Shown here: piece by piece, positions 54,864-64,000 of the stretch | How positions within the stretch are numbered: the first letter of the stretch is position 1 | Layout of the letters: each line of letters starts with the position of its first letter | IMG/VR virus record: IMGVR_UViG_3300047678_000276 | Location: 1-64,000 of that record | Length of the DNA stretch: 64,000 nt | Direction: 5' to 3' (one strand) | From: a virus | The notes under the pieces: generated by a model | Told to the model about the DNA's origin: nothing | The model's input: the letters and a program-made list of their open reading frames with translations, nothing else | Databases searched by the model: none | Translations under genes and position numbers: made by a program

Positions 54864-54935
54864 TGGACATATAATCTTGTCACGGTTCAGCGTCTTATAA
54901 GATGTCACGCTTAGGTATATATATAAAAAGACCAT

Positions 54936-55121
54936 ATGAAAAAAGAAAAAGAACAATTTGCCCAAGCCTTATTAAAGGCCATGAGGAGTTATGGGTATCT
55001 CTTCCCACAAACAGAGGACGAAGTAGAATTATTTTACAAGACATTCGGCCATGAAAAGGCAGAATTGCCAGAGTCTCTAAAAGACGCAAGCTTCTTATTT
55101 AAGGAGAAGATTCGAAAATAG
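54936..55121 (+). CDS. hypothetical protein
   Basis: ORF with A-rich leader. Confidence 0.55.
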   Translation: MKKEKEQFAQALLKAMRSYGYLFPQTEDEVELFYKTFGHEKAELPESLKDASFLFKEKIRK

Positions 55122-55252
55122 GCCACCCCTTTTTCTTTTCACTTATTTTAAAAGGTGTCCCAAAAAAATTTTTTTCCAAAATTTTGAGGTTAAAAATCTA
55201 GGATAGGGGTTTTTCTTATTATTTATCTGTAAACAAATTAACCCAAATAAAC

Positions 55253-56809
55253 ATGACAACACAACCAATCCAATTTAACATTGTAAATCTTAGAAATCTT
55301 GTAGAAGATAACTTAGATTTAAACTTTGCCATTACTTCAAATAATGGTCCTAGTGACCCTGCCACAACTATCGTATCTAATTCTTCTGTGGCTATTCAAA
55401 TGAATACTTCTTATCCTTTATCTGTCTTTACAGGCGATACAATGGAACTTGGAATGAATTTCATAAATTCAGGAAGAATGTATTTTGGTTATGGTGAATT
55501 GCCAACTAATGTATCGGGTTCAACTGCTCCAATTCCTGAAGGTCAACAATATTATGGTTGGATTGAATTTTCTAGAAAGGCAACTGATATGTGCTTGTGG
55601 ATAAACTTATCTAATGTGGATATTGTAGGTCTTCCAATTTCTTTATCTTCTTCAACTTGGTCTTTAGGCTATAAAAATCCAGTTACTGCCATTACAAATA
55701 CTCTAGCAACTGCTTACCCTGGATGTTCTGTGGTGTGTAGTGGAGGAACCAAGACAAAGATTGTGGCGCCAGGGATAAACAATGCACCATATCCAAGTTT
55801 TAGTGATTATCTTTCAAATTTATATAATTCAGGTGTTGACCTATGTATTAATTCAGATACATTATCTGATGGAACTCAAAAGCAGTTCGTTGGTTATTTT
55901 ATGGGATGGGATCCAGAGCCTTGTATTTTCCTTGAAAGTAATTCAGGGGACACTTTTATATTATCTTTCAATCAATTTACAAATGATATTGTTTATAGGG
56001 GTGATGGCGGAACTATTACATATAACGGAGTGGTTATAGACCAAAACAGGGCAGGCGGAAGTGATGATGTTATTTCATCAAACTCTGTATTTAGAAATTT
56101 GGTTATTGGGATGAATGAGGGGTATTTTGAATCTAATCCTACTTATTCTGATGGGATTAACTATAGCATGAATTATTCTTATCTTAAGCCTTTTGGTGAT
56201 AATGGAGATAAAGGAAGTATGTATGCAAAGATTATACATGAGAATTCAAATTCTTATGGTTTTGCTTATTCTGATTCAAATTTAAAAACATTAATACAAT
56301 CTCCTTTGAACCAAGTTGTGACTCTATACATTGTAAAGGATGATGATGCTAGTGGATTATGTTATAAGGATGATGAGAGTTCTACAACAAATTGTCCAGG
56401 ACTTGGATCTACATATATTAGTTTTGGTCAGAATTCAGATTCTCTTGGTAATATTAGAATTGGTAATTGTAATTATCCTGCTACACAACCTTTAGTTGGA
56501 ACTTCAGGTGTATTACCTTGGGTTGACGGTTATGTTCACGTTCGCTTTATGGGAACTATTGGAGCTGATGGCAAGCCGAATTACATATTGGTTAACACAA
56601 AGACTCTTGACTTTATCGTAACAGATGAAAATGGTAATGCATGCTTGACAGGAGGCAATCCAACGATTACCAATGTTCAGAATTCTCAGGGGCAAGTTAT
56701 TGGTCAGGAATTAAGTTGGGGAGCTAATATAACTTGGAATCTAGGAGCGGGTAATGCTTATTTAGCGCCACCAGCACCAAGTCCAAGTCCAAGCGGAATG
56801 CCTAATTAA
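55253..56809 (+). CDS. GH64-like (beta-1,3-glucanase/thaumatin-fold) protein
   Basis: SGRMYF, WIEF, INLSNVD-x-x-GLP, YAKIIH, YGFAYSD motifs; TATTTAT upstream. Confidence 0.72.
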   Translation: MTTQPIQFNIVNLRNLVEDNLDLNFAITSNNGPSDPATTIVSNSSVAIQMNTSYPLSVFTGDTMELGMNFINSGRMYFGYGELPTNVSGSTAPIPEGQQYYGWIEFSRKATDMCLWINLSNVDIVGLPISLSSSTWSLGYKNPVTAITNTLATAYPGCSVVCSGGTKTKIVAPGINNAPYPSFSDYLSNLYNSGVDLCINSDTLSDGTQKQFVGYFMGWDPEPCIFLESNSGDTFILSFNQFTNDIVYRGDGGTITYNGVVIDQNRAGGSDDVISSNSVFRNLVIGMNEGYFESNPTYSDGINYSMNYSYLKPFGDNGDKGSMYAKIIHENSNSYGFAYSDSNLKTLIQSPLNQVVTLYIVKDDDASGLCYKDDESSTTNCPGLGSTYISFGQNSDSLGNIRIGNCNYPATQPLVGTSGVLPWVDGYVHVRFMGTIGADGKPNYILVNTKTLDFIVTDENGNACLTGGNPTITNVQNSQGQVIGQELSWGANITWNLGAGNAYLAPPAPSPSPSGMPN

Positions 56810-56813
56810 AATT

Positions 56814-57434
56814 ATGAATCTTAGGAAAATCATAAGGGGTATATTAAACGAGAGCAAGTTTGGGATGTCGTGGGCTTCGCCCATTGATGAGGCTATGGTT
56901 GCTCATGGTAATGTTGGTTCTGATGTGGCATTATTTATTAAGGGCAATGGCACAGTGCGAGATATGACTTTATATGATCCTAAGGAAAATAAGGTATATG
57001 GTCATATTGGCATTCATAAATTGTCCAGCGGTAATTGGGCTGTTGGAGGAGTTGCAGCTGAGCGTGGATATGGGCCATTATTATATGAGCTTGCTATGAC
57101 TTATGTTTACCCTACTGGACTTATGCCGACAAGAGATGGTGATGTTCGTGGTGTGGCTGAAGGTGTGTGGAAAAAATTCTTGGGTAGGGATGATGTTAGA
57201 AAGGAATTTATTGAAGAAGGGGATTCTGATTTTCCTATTAGATATTATGAAGACATGGGAGGGCTTGAGGAGAATCCTGGTTCTGAGTTTATGTATAATA
57301 GATTTTATTATGATGGCGCAGGGGATTTATTGAAGAGGTTAAAAAGGAAGATGTTTGAGTATTTGAGAGCAGGGGTTTCTATAAAGGATGTAGATAGGAA
57401 GGGTAATGAGTATTGGTTAGAGAAATACGATTGA
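56814..57434 (+). CDS. GNAT-like acetyltransferase with amphipathic N-terminal leader
   Basis: VAAERGYGPLLYELAM...A-x-x-VW; leader MNLRKIIRGILNE. Confidence 0.62.
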   Translation: MNLRKIIRGILNESKFGMSWASPIDEAMVAHGNVGSDVALFIKGNGTVRDMTLYDPKENKVYGHIGIHKLSSGNWAVGGVAAERGYGPLLYELAMTYVYPTGLMPTRDGDVRGVAEGVWKKFLGRDDVRKEFIEEGDSDFPIRYYEDMGGLEENPGSEFMYNRFYYDGAGDLLKRLKRKMFEYLRAGVSIKDVDRKGNEYWLEKYD

Positions 57435-57599
57435 TGAAGTGAAATTAGGATGGGACTCTGGGAAAAAAATATGCGGGTGCCGCCTTCGGCGAAAAAAATG
57501 AATATTTATAAAAAAGGAAAAATAAAGATAATGGCGACCTAAATAAAAAACAAACTCTTTTAACCCTCTGAAAAAACAGGGGGTTTTTAATTTACAAAA

Positions 57600-57914
57600 A
57601 TGAAATATTGGGTGACCATATTATTTATCTTATTTTCATTCCTTGCTTATTCTCAGAGTGGCGGAAGGATGAAAGAGAGAAAGAATCAAAAGAGACTTGT
57701 GCATCACATTGCAAAGAGTGGATGGCATTACAATCCGACAAGACCTGGCAAGACTCAAAACTACAGAAGAGAGGGGAGAAAATTATTTCATCGAAGCATG
57801 ACAAGAGGGGAAGTATTTAGGTCCAAGTATCAAACTAGGATAAACAGGGATAGGGCGAGAAAAAGAGTGAGGGGTAATTTGGTATTTGCTAAAAAGAAAT
57901 ATAAGAGAGTTTAG
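57600..57914 (+). CDS. secreted, very basic protein
   Basis: signal peptide followed by an Arg/Lys-rich region. Confidence 0.65.
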   Translation: MKYWVTILFILFSFLAYSQSGGRMKERKNQKRLVHHIAKSGWHYNPTRPGKTQNYRREGRKLFHRSMTRGEVFRSKYQTRINRDRARKRVRGNLVFAKKKYKRV

Positions 57915-58663
57915 GATTCTTTTCTCTCTTGATTCATATTTATGTTTTGCATTTTGGGTGATAAGTTTTGATCACCATAGCCAAGGTCAAACATGGCGAG
58001 GTTTCCGCTTTTTTTAATTCCAAGATTTGAAACTCCCCAATCTGTTGATTTTATTTTCCATCCTTTTAATTCTTCTATAATACCGAACATTCCTGTCATG
58101 AACCATATAGTTTTCTCAGCGTCCATATTATTGGAATATTCTGATCTTGCAAAATTACGAATTTCTTTTTTGTATTCTTTTATTTGGTTTTGATCTACGT
58201 GACCATCTATTGCATCTTGAAATATCCACCAAAGAGAATGCCCAAATGTACCTTCAACAAAATCAGATAACCAATCACGACCATTATCAATATCTTCGCT
58301 CTTATCTAGAAGCTCAGAGATGATGACATAGGTTCCTTCGTATTTTCCATGGAGTGCATATACATCATATACATTTGCAAGATGTTTTAAATTCTTGCCC
58401 TTGATCTTAAACGCTTCTACAGCTTCAGATTTATCCTTGGTGATTTTTAGAACTTTGTTGTTTGGAATATAATAGGCAAATCCGCCTGTTCCTTGACCTA
58501 ATGGAGCGACTTTTGATATACCTAGGTGTTTGGTTAGCTTATTTAAGATCTCTGTCTCTTGACCCTTAAATTGATCAACGGGAGACCCTTCTTCAATCTT
58601 CTTCCAAGTTGTGTAATAACTTTCTTTGATGGTGGTTCTAACTATCTTTCTTATGGATTGCAT
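57911..58663 (-). CDS. protein-kinase-like (APH/RIO-type fold) protein with amphipathic leader
   Basis: LGQGTGG-x-AY, VLKITKD-x-x-E, D-x-x-x-x-N, FDLG; leader MQSIRKIVRTTIKE. Confidence 0.75.
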   Translation of the reverse strand: MQSIRKIVRTTIKESYYTTWKKIEEGSPVDQFKGQETEILNKLTKHLGISKVAPLGQGTGGFAYYIPNNKVLKITKDKSEAVEAFKIKGKNLKHLANVYDVYALHGKYEGTYVIISELLDKSEDIDNGRDWLSDFVEGTFGHSLWWIFQDAIDGHVDQNQIKEYKKEIRNFARSEYSNNMDAEKTIWFMTGMFGIIEELKGWKIKSTDWGVSNLGIKKSGNLAMFDLGYGDQNLSPKMQNINMNQERKES

Positions 58664-58808
58664 CTTAAGAATAAATAGCTGAAAATTTAAGAAGATTTAA
58701 AGGCTTTTAGTAAGCTATATGTCGGGATTTGTCTTATAATAATATATTTTATTAACAATTTGTTAATATGATTATTTTGTTGTATATTTATAAATAAAGG
58801 AGGTTAAA

Positions 58809-59078
58809 ATGAAAACTATGAAAACAGTTTTGTTCTGCCTTATGTTAACGCTATTATTTTCTGGATTTAGATTTAAAGAAAAAAGCACATCAAGAGTTCT
58901 TCTTGTTTTGGAGAATGTCAATAAAAAAGAAAGTTTCTCAATGTTCTCAATACAAGAAGTGAATGGTATTTTTGTTGGGACCAATATTGATGAGTACAAA
59001 GTTGCGGATGGTATTTATTATATCACAGGCACATCAAATGATAAATTCTATCACAAGAAGATTATCGTTGTTTCTTAA
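58809..59078 (+). CDS. secreted hypothetical protein
   Basis: signal peptide; TATTTATA upstream (58785-58792). Confidence 0.68.
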   Translation: MKTMKTVLFCLMLTLLFSGFRFKEKSTSRVLLVLENVNKKESFSMFSIQEVNGIFVGTNIDEYKVADGIYYITGTSNDKFYHKKIIVVS

Positions 59079-59301
59079 ATAGGGCTATCACAGCTAGTAC
59101 AGACCAAATGAAGTTTACGATTGCAGGGGGATAAGACTCTTTGTAAAGGGAAAATATTGTGAGCGTAATCCCTCCGATCAGGTTGGCCACTTTGTATTTT
59201 AATGATAGGGGACTTATTTTATTTAGAGCAACAAAAGAATAGGCCCACATAACGAGTGCTGATCCAATCCAACCTGTTGCTTCTAGAATATAATTAATCA
59301 T
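59062..59301 (-). CDS. small 3-TM membrane protein
   Basis: GWIGS...AY...N-x-x-G...N-x-x-W pattern. Confidence 0.75.
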   Translation of the reverse strand: MINYILEATGWIGSALVMWAYSFVALNKISPLSLKYKVANLIGGITLTIFSLYKESYPPAIVNFIWSVLAVIALFKKQR

Positions 59302-59457
59302 TTTAAGAGAAAGTAAAATATAGCAAAGACAACAATTGTGGTCACAACTGTAAGAATTGCGCCTGGGAAACTTTCTTCCAGCTCTTCATTGGTTGCATAA
59401 ATTCCAAATCTAATCAGATTCCAATTTCTTTCTTCGTCTTTGTTTTTGAATTCCATG

Positions 59458-59652
59458 TTAATAAATATGCGTTATTTCTCTTCCGTCAGGATAACCTATT
59501 CTTATCCAAGCTGCTTGTCTAAACTCTTTGATAATCATTCCTTTAAAATGTTTATTAAGGAGTTTGTTTGCTTCTTCCCAACTGTATGCGGTAAAGTCTT
59601 TTTTTTGGGTTATTCCTGGTGAGTCTGGATGTGAATATTCGACTCTATACAT
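59458..59652 (-). CDS. hypothetical protein (start corrected)
   Basis: ATG just after the 59660 stop. Confidence 0.55.
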   Translation of the reverse strand: MYRVEYSHPDSPGITQKKDFTAYSWEEANKLLNKHFKGMIIKEFRQAAWIRIGYPDGREITHIY

Positions 59653-59659
59653 TTTTAAA

Positions 59660-60112
59660 TCATTCATCGTCATCGTCATCAACCATCCAACTAGCTTTTT
59701 CCATTCCAAGTTCTTCGAGTGTGTATTTTCCTTCAGAAAGTAATCTCTCGGCGGTCCTAATTCTACACCAGCGGAATAGTTGGTCAAAGCATGGTCTGTC
59801 GAATCCTGCCTCCTTGGCTTGTTTAATAACATCTTCCATGTCCACATCATTTTCATCAAAAATATATGGTGATCCAAATAGGAAGTCGTGTATTTCAATT
59901 TTCCATTTCTTAGCAAATTCATTCTCGCCAACTCCGCAACCTCCGCATGGATCTAGGGAGTTATATTCTAGGGTATATTCAGTCCCAAGGCCTTCTGGAA
60001 ATTCTTCAGACTTTCCTGTGAAATCGCAAATGACTCCGCATTGTTCCATTTGTGGTTTTAATTTCTTTCCTGTCTTGGGGTCGAATCTATCGACCATTTT
60101 ATATAATCTCAT
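59660..60112 (-). CDS. hypothetical protein, Cys-containing
   Basis: coupled ORF. Confidence 0.72.
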   Translation of the reverse strand: MRLYKMVDRFDPKTGKKLKPQMEQCGVICDFTGKSEEFPEGLGTEYTLEYNSLDPCGGCGVGENEFAKKWKIEIHDFLFGSPYIFDENDVDMEDVIKQAKEAGFDRPCFDQLFRWCRIRTAERLLSEGKYTLEELGMEKASWMVDDDDDE

Positions 60113-60321
60113 ATTTTATTTGGCTTTGGTATGTTCATCATTTTGTTTTCTGGGATGGGCATGGCCTGTGGATGTATTCTTCTATCAACTATATTTCCAT
60201 TTGGAAGAATGCCTGCATAACCTTCTCTGTTTGCTTTCATGATGTCGGCTAGATCTGTTCGGCCCATTTGGCGAAGTTGGTCTTCTCTTTCTGAGGAGTT
60301 ATTAAAAAATTCGTCTTTCAT
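60109..60321 (-). CDS. hypothetical protein
   Basis: coupled ORF; GYAG-x-x-x-NG-x-IVDRR. Confidence 0.72.
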   Translation of the reverse strand: MKDEFFNNSSEREDQLRQMGRTDLADIMKANREGYAGILPNGNIVDRRIHPQAMPIPENKMMNIPKPNKI

Positions 60322-60965
60322 TATTTGTTTTTATATTCAATGATTGGACAAAATTTGTTTTTTACAGCCATGATGTATTCAAATACAAACCATGTTTTTT
60401 TCTCTTTATCGGTTACTTCTTTAGGAATGTGATACCAATCTTTGGCTTCAGGGTGTTTGGCTATATAATCTGCCTTTCTCTTTTCTTCTTTGATTTCTTT
60501 ACGGCGTTCTAACATGTTGCCTATTAAAATTACAATGCCAATTATAGCGCCTAGAGCTGCGACTAAAAGAACAATAAATACAAATGAGTAATAATAAAGT
60601 GATAAGGCATCTATTATTAAATCATGCCAATTCTTAGATCCTGGGTTTGTTGGTAGGTGTAAAAACGTAAGTGTTGTGCAACATAGTTTCCACCCGAATG
60701 CGCCACCTGCAGCAAGCATGGCAAATCCAACACCAAGAGCATTACAAAGACCTGTTTTATATTGGTGACTGGGGTCACGCTCGTCTTTTCCATATAATTC
60801 TCTTATATTCCAAAGATGGCCCCAAAGGGATATTGGGAATAAAATAATTGAGGATAGGAATACCCAAAAGAACGAGCAAAGACTTTTTGGCAAGCTATCT
60901 GAGTCTTTTATGGCATAGGTTGATCTGATTAATTGTACTTTCCAATTTCTGATATTTAATTGCAT
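60321..60965 (-). CDS. membrane protein
   Basis: LC-x-FFW...TM helices...K-x-KFCP; TATATTTG upstream (60988-60995). Confidence 0.78.
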   Translation of the reverse strand: MQLNIRNWKVQLIRSTYAIKDSDSLPKSLCSFFWVFLSSIILFPISLWGHLWNIRELYGKDERDPSHQYKTGLCNALGVGFAMLAAGGAFGWKLCCTTLTFLHLPTNPGSKNWHDLIIDALSLYYYSFVFIVLLVAALGAIIGIVILIGNMLERRKEIKEEKRKADYIAKHPEAKDWYHIPKEVTDKEKKTWFVFEYIMAVKNKFCPIIEYKNK

Positions 60966-61070
60966 AATTTTTTAATTTAATTTAGGTCAAATATAATAAA
61001 AACAAAGGAGATGACAAAATTTTGCATGAAGGGTTTTTTGGACTATTTATTGGAAACCTTTTCTGTCATA

Positions 61071-62258
61071 ATGTCAATTAGAAAACTAATAAGAGAAACC
61101 TTAGAGAACCATCTTAATGAGATTGATTGGAATAGGGCATTTTCTGACGTTAAAGGCACTTGTTTAAGTCCTGTGGCGGTTGTTAAGTGGTTAAATGATG
61201 AGCTCGCTAGAATCGATTATAATAAGGAAAATCCCCAAGGAGATAGAATTAAGAGAGGCAAGAAGGATATTATTGTAACAAGAGGGACAATTGAGGATGT
61301 AATGGATGAGAAGGGGACAATTAATATTGACCAATTCATTAAGAACATAACTGCAGAACCTGATTCTATTTTTGAACATAACCCTAAAATGGAGAAGAGT
61401 GATGTGGGTAGGCCACAAGTTACAATGAATACAGGGCTTCCTGCAATTGTTGGTATTGTATATGATCTAGAAAATAAGAAATTTTATTCTGTATCAACAT
61501 GTCCTGGAGCTGGCGCTTGTCAGCTTGGTTGTTATGCGAGAAAGGCGTTTTATGGGATGGACAATTCAAAGACCATGAAACTTACAAGGAGATTAAATTT
61601 ATTATTTAACAATCCTGAGGGGTATAAGGCTAGAATTTTAAGTGAGATTGAGCCAATGGCCAAAAATCTAAAAGTAAGTTCAATTGGAATGCCTCAACAA
61701 ATGCAATTGGTATTAAGATGGAATGATGCTGGAGATTTCTTTGGAGATGCGTATTTTAATATCGCTGTGGAAGTTACAAAGGAGTTGATTGATAAGGGGT
61801 ATAATGTGAAGTCTTATGCTTATACGAAGAATAGCAAGTATTTAATTGCGATGGATAAGAATAAGAATTTCGTTGTAACATTTTCTAGTGATGCTAAACC
61901 TGGAGAATTAAAAAAAGCTCAGGATTATGATGTTAAGGGTAAAATGAAGATGGCTGAGAACGTTCCAAAAGATTTATTTTCAGATATCTTTATTAAAGAA
62001 CATTCTAGCTATAAAAAAGGATATAATGGACTTCCATTATTTTCAAACGAGCAAGCTCCTGAAATATTGAAGAAGAGAATTTATGAAGCTTATAAAGACA
62101 AATATAAGTTTAGTAAGAACAGTTTAAAATATACATTTGAAATGCCTCCGCAAGAAGGTGGAAAAAATGAATATAATTTAATTGTATTGCCGACTGGAGA
62201 TAGTGATATAGGGGCTCAAAGAAAAGACGTTCAGATATCATTCTTATTACAACATTAA
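61071..62258 (+). CDS. GP88-like protein with amphipathic leader (start corrected)
   Basis: TCPGAG-x-C-x-x-x-CYA, RWNDAGDF, YAYTK; TATTTAT at 61044; leader MSIRKLIRETLE. Confidence 0.8.
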   Translation: MSIRKLIRETLENHLNEIDWNRAFSDVKGTCLSPVAVVKWLNDELARIDYNKENPQGDRIKRGKKDIIVTRGTIEDVMDEKGTINIDQFIKNITAEPDSIFEHNPKMEKSDVGRPQVTMNTGLPAIVGIVYDLENKKFYSVSTCPGAGACQLGCYARKAFYGMDNSKTMKLTRRLNLLFNNPEGYKARILSEIEPMAKNLKVSSIGMPQQMQLVLRWNDAGDFFGDAYFNIAVEVTKELIDKGYNVKSYAYTKNSKYLIAMDKNKNFVVTFSSDAKPGELKKAQDYDVKGKMKMAENVPKDLFSDIFIKEHSSYKKGYNGLPLFSNEQAPEILKKRIYEAYKDKYKFSKNSLKYTFEMPPQEGGKNEYNLIVLPTGDSDIGAQRKDVQISFLLQH

Positions 62259-62268
62259 AAATAAAAAT

Positions 62269-63177
62269 ATGAAAAACAAAAAAACGCTTAACGAAGAAAT
62301 GAATAGAATGAAAAAACTTTCTGGACTTCTTAAAGAATCAGAAGGAGATTTTATGGAAGAAAAATCTATTCAAGAGTTTCACAATACAACTTCAAACATT
62401 GAGATCAATGGAAAAAAAGTTGATGTTGGTTCTATTAAAATTGACGGTATTGACAGAGGAGATTATCCTGATTTTTCTGATGCATATGTAACGAGTGCTC
62501 AATTTGAAGATGGTTCTGAGTTAGATGAAGATGAATTAATGGAATTAGACTCTAGTCATGGAGATAAAATTCATGAATTGATTTTTGACAGACAACTTTA
62601 TCTTGAAGAGAGTGAGAAAAACGAATGTATGAATGAAGGCGTTGATGGTGGTGTTCTTACTTATGATGGTCTACCAAATAAAGTTAAAGAATATTTTCAA
62701 AGAAACATTACTATAAGCGTGGCCTTTGTAAAGAAAGATGGATCTGTTAGACATATGGCATTTAGAAGAAGTTTAAAAGCATATGAAAAAAGCGATAAGG
62801 AAAAAACTGACGCTCAGATGAATGTTCTTAAAAACAATAATTTAATGAATGTTTATGACACAAACGTATACATCAAAACCAAAAAAGAAACTGGAGACCC
62901 CGCATTGGCAGCAAAGAGTAGTTTTAGAAACTTCAAACTAGAGAATGTTTTGGCGTTTCTTTGTGGTGGAGAGGTTTTTGACATGAGAGAAAACAACAAG
63001 ATCAAAGAGAGATTTGGAGAAGTGGTTTATGATTCATTAACAAGAAATATGGTTTCGGCCCTAGAAAAGGATGAGGCTGAGGGTGAGATGGGAATGAAGA
63101 CAGATGAGACTATGAATGAATCTATGATTAGGAGAGTTGTAAGGGGTATTATGTTAGATTTTATACCTAAAAAATAA
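62269..63177 (+). CDS. multi-module protein with SH3/WYL-like domain
   Basis: V-x-F-x-KKDGSVR-x-M...VYD...FR-x-F; leader LNEEMNRMKKLSGL. Confidence 0.72.
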   Translation: MKNKKTLNEEMNRMKKLSGLLKESEGDFMEEKSIQEFHNTTSNIEINGKKVDVGSIKIDGIDRGDYPDFSDAYVTSAQFEDGSELDEDELMELDSSHGDKIHELIFDRQLYLEESEKNECMNEGVDGGVLTYDGLPNKVKEYFQRNITISVAFVKKDGSVRHMAFRRSLKAYEKSDKEKTDAQMNVLKNNNLMNVYDTNVYIKTKKETGDPALAAKSSFRNFKLENVLAFLCGGEVFDMRENNKIKERFGEVVYDSLTRNMVSALEKDEAEGEMGMKTDETMNESMIRRVVRGIMLDFIPKK

Positions 63178-63239
63178 ACGGCTTTTGGTCTAAAATTACT
63201 TTTTTTGATATATTTATAAACAAACAAATCTATTATACT

Positions 63240-63824
63240 ATGAAAAAACAAATTATATCTGAGTCTAAACTTAGAGAAATAATCAAAGAAGAAGCTCTTA
63301 GAATGAAAAAGAGAATCACTCTTGAGAACGAAAAGAAGACTCTTTTAAAGAAGCTTAATGAAATGTATATGGAAGATAGCGCTTCTGACGACAACACTGA
63401 CGATGGTGAGTGTGACGGTTCAATGGCAGGTGCAATGGGAGAAGGACAAGTAGAAGAAGGCGTTTTTAGTAAGCCTGATTATGCTGCTGACGCTGATCAA
63501 AAACTTGCGCTTCCAGCGTATAAAAAAGCTGCACAAGGACTTATATCTGCTCTTGTTAGAAAAGGCGCAGAAGCTGTTGGTGATTGGGCTAAACACTTCT
63601 TTGAAGGTAAAGACATAACTGATCAAGCTCAAGCTAATGAAGTATTCAGAAACATGCTTGGAACTTATAAAAACCTTTGGAAATCAGCTTATATTGCAAA
63701 CGAAGGAAACATGGCAAATATGTCATTTAATCCTTTAACTGGAGCATTTGAAAAAGGTGCTGGTCCTAGCTCAGGAACTTGGTTTACAGGTTTAACTGGA
63801 GAAGGAAAAGAAGTTAAAAAATAA
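63240..63824 (+). CDS. hypothetical late protein with amphipathic leader
   Basis: ISESKLREIIKEE; TATTTATA at 63211-63218. Confidence 0.78.
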   Translation: MKKQIISESKLREIIKEEALRMKKRITLENEKKTLLKKLNEMYMEDSASDDNTDDGECDGSMAGAMGEGQVEEGVFSKPDYAADADQKLALPAYKKAAQGLISALVRKGAEAVGDWAKHFFEGKDITDQAQANEVFRNMLGTYKNLWKSAYIANEGNMANMSFNPLTGAFEKGAGPSSGTWFTGLTGEGKEVKK

Positions 63825-63839
63825 TATTAAAACATATAA

Positions 63840-63867
63840 AAAAAGCCCTCAACTTGAGGGCTTTTTT
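63840..63867. terminator. bidirectional intrinsic terminator
   Basis: A5-GCCCTCAA-C-TTGAGGGC-T6. Confidence 0.85.
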
Positions 63868-64000
63868 GTTTTAAATCGTTTTGTTTATTCTGTCTAGATC
63901 ATCTTGACTTAGGAACAGAAAACTAATGAATGAGTGTTTCGTTTCAGCTGAAACTTTTCTGTCTTCATATAGCTTATATATGATAAAAGACATGGCAAAA

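Overview
AT-rich DNA from a large (jumbo-type) bacteriophage, most likely infecting Bacteroidota (TAnnTTTG host-type promoter elements, no Shine-Dalgarno use, standard genetic code). 1-1.6 kb is non-coding and repeat-rich, with parS-like sites. About 1.6-52.9 kb is an almost entirely minus-strand early/accessory region of roughly 100 small genes. From about 7 kb on, nearly every gene carries its own copy of one bipartite motif, TTAAGTT-N14/15-TCTAT (about 85 copies by hand count). The motif often supplies the upstream gene's stop codon and often sits exactly 6 nt before an ATG, which suggests leaderless mRNAs. A variant of the motif with no gene downstream punctuates the region, mostly in the opposite orientation. 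Two further promoter classes are visible: ECF-like TGTAAC-N16-CGTATAA, also found in front of the phage ECF sigma gene, and a late-type TATTTAT(A). Recognisable genes: ECF sigma, DUF932, a WGR + ATP-dependent ligase split at an A_AAA_AAG site, C5 and N6/N4 DNA methyltransferases, four homing-endonuclease-like genes, two GP88-like proteins, a 3D-domain protein, a GH64-like glucanase, and kinase-like and GNAT-like proteins with a shared amphipathic leader. There are six tRNAs. Best candidate new systems: (i) a Glu-codon leader-peptide attenuator directly controlling two tRNA-Glu genes, one with a long variable arm; (ii) the one-promoter-per-gene cassette array with its inverted gene-less sites; (iii) several structured non-coding RNAs. 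All family assignments are from motif recognition by eye, not database searches.
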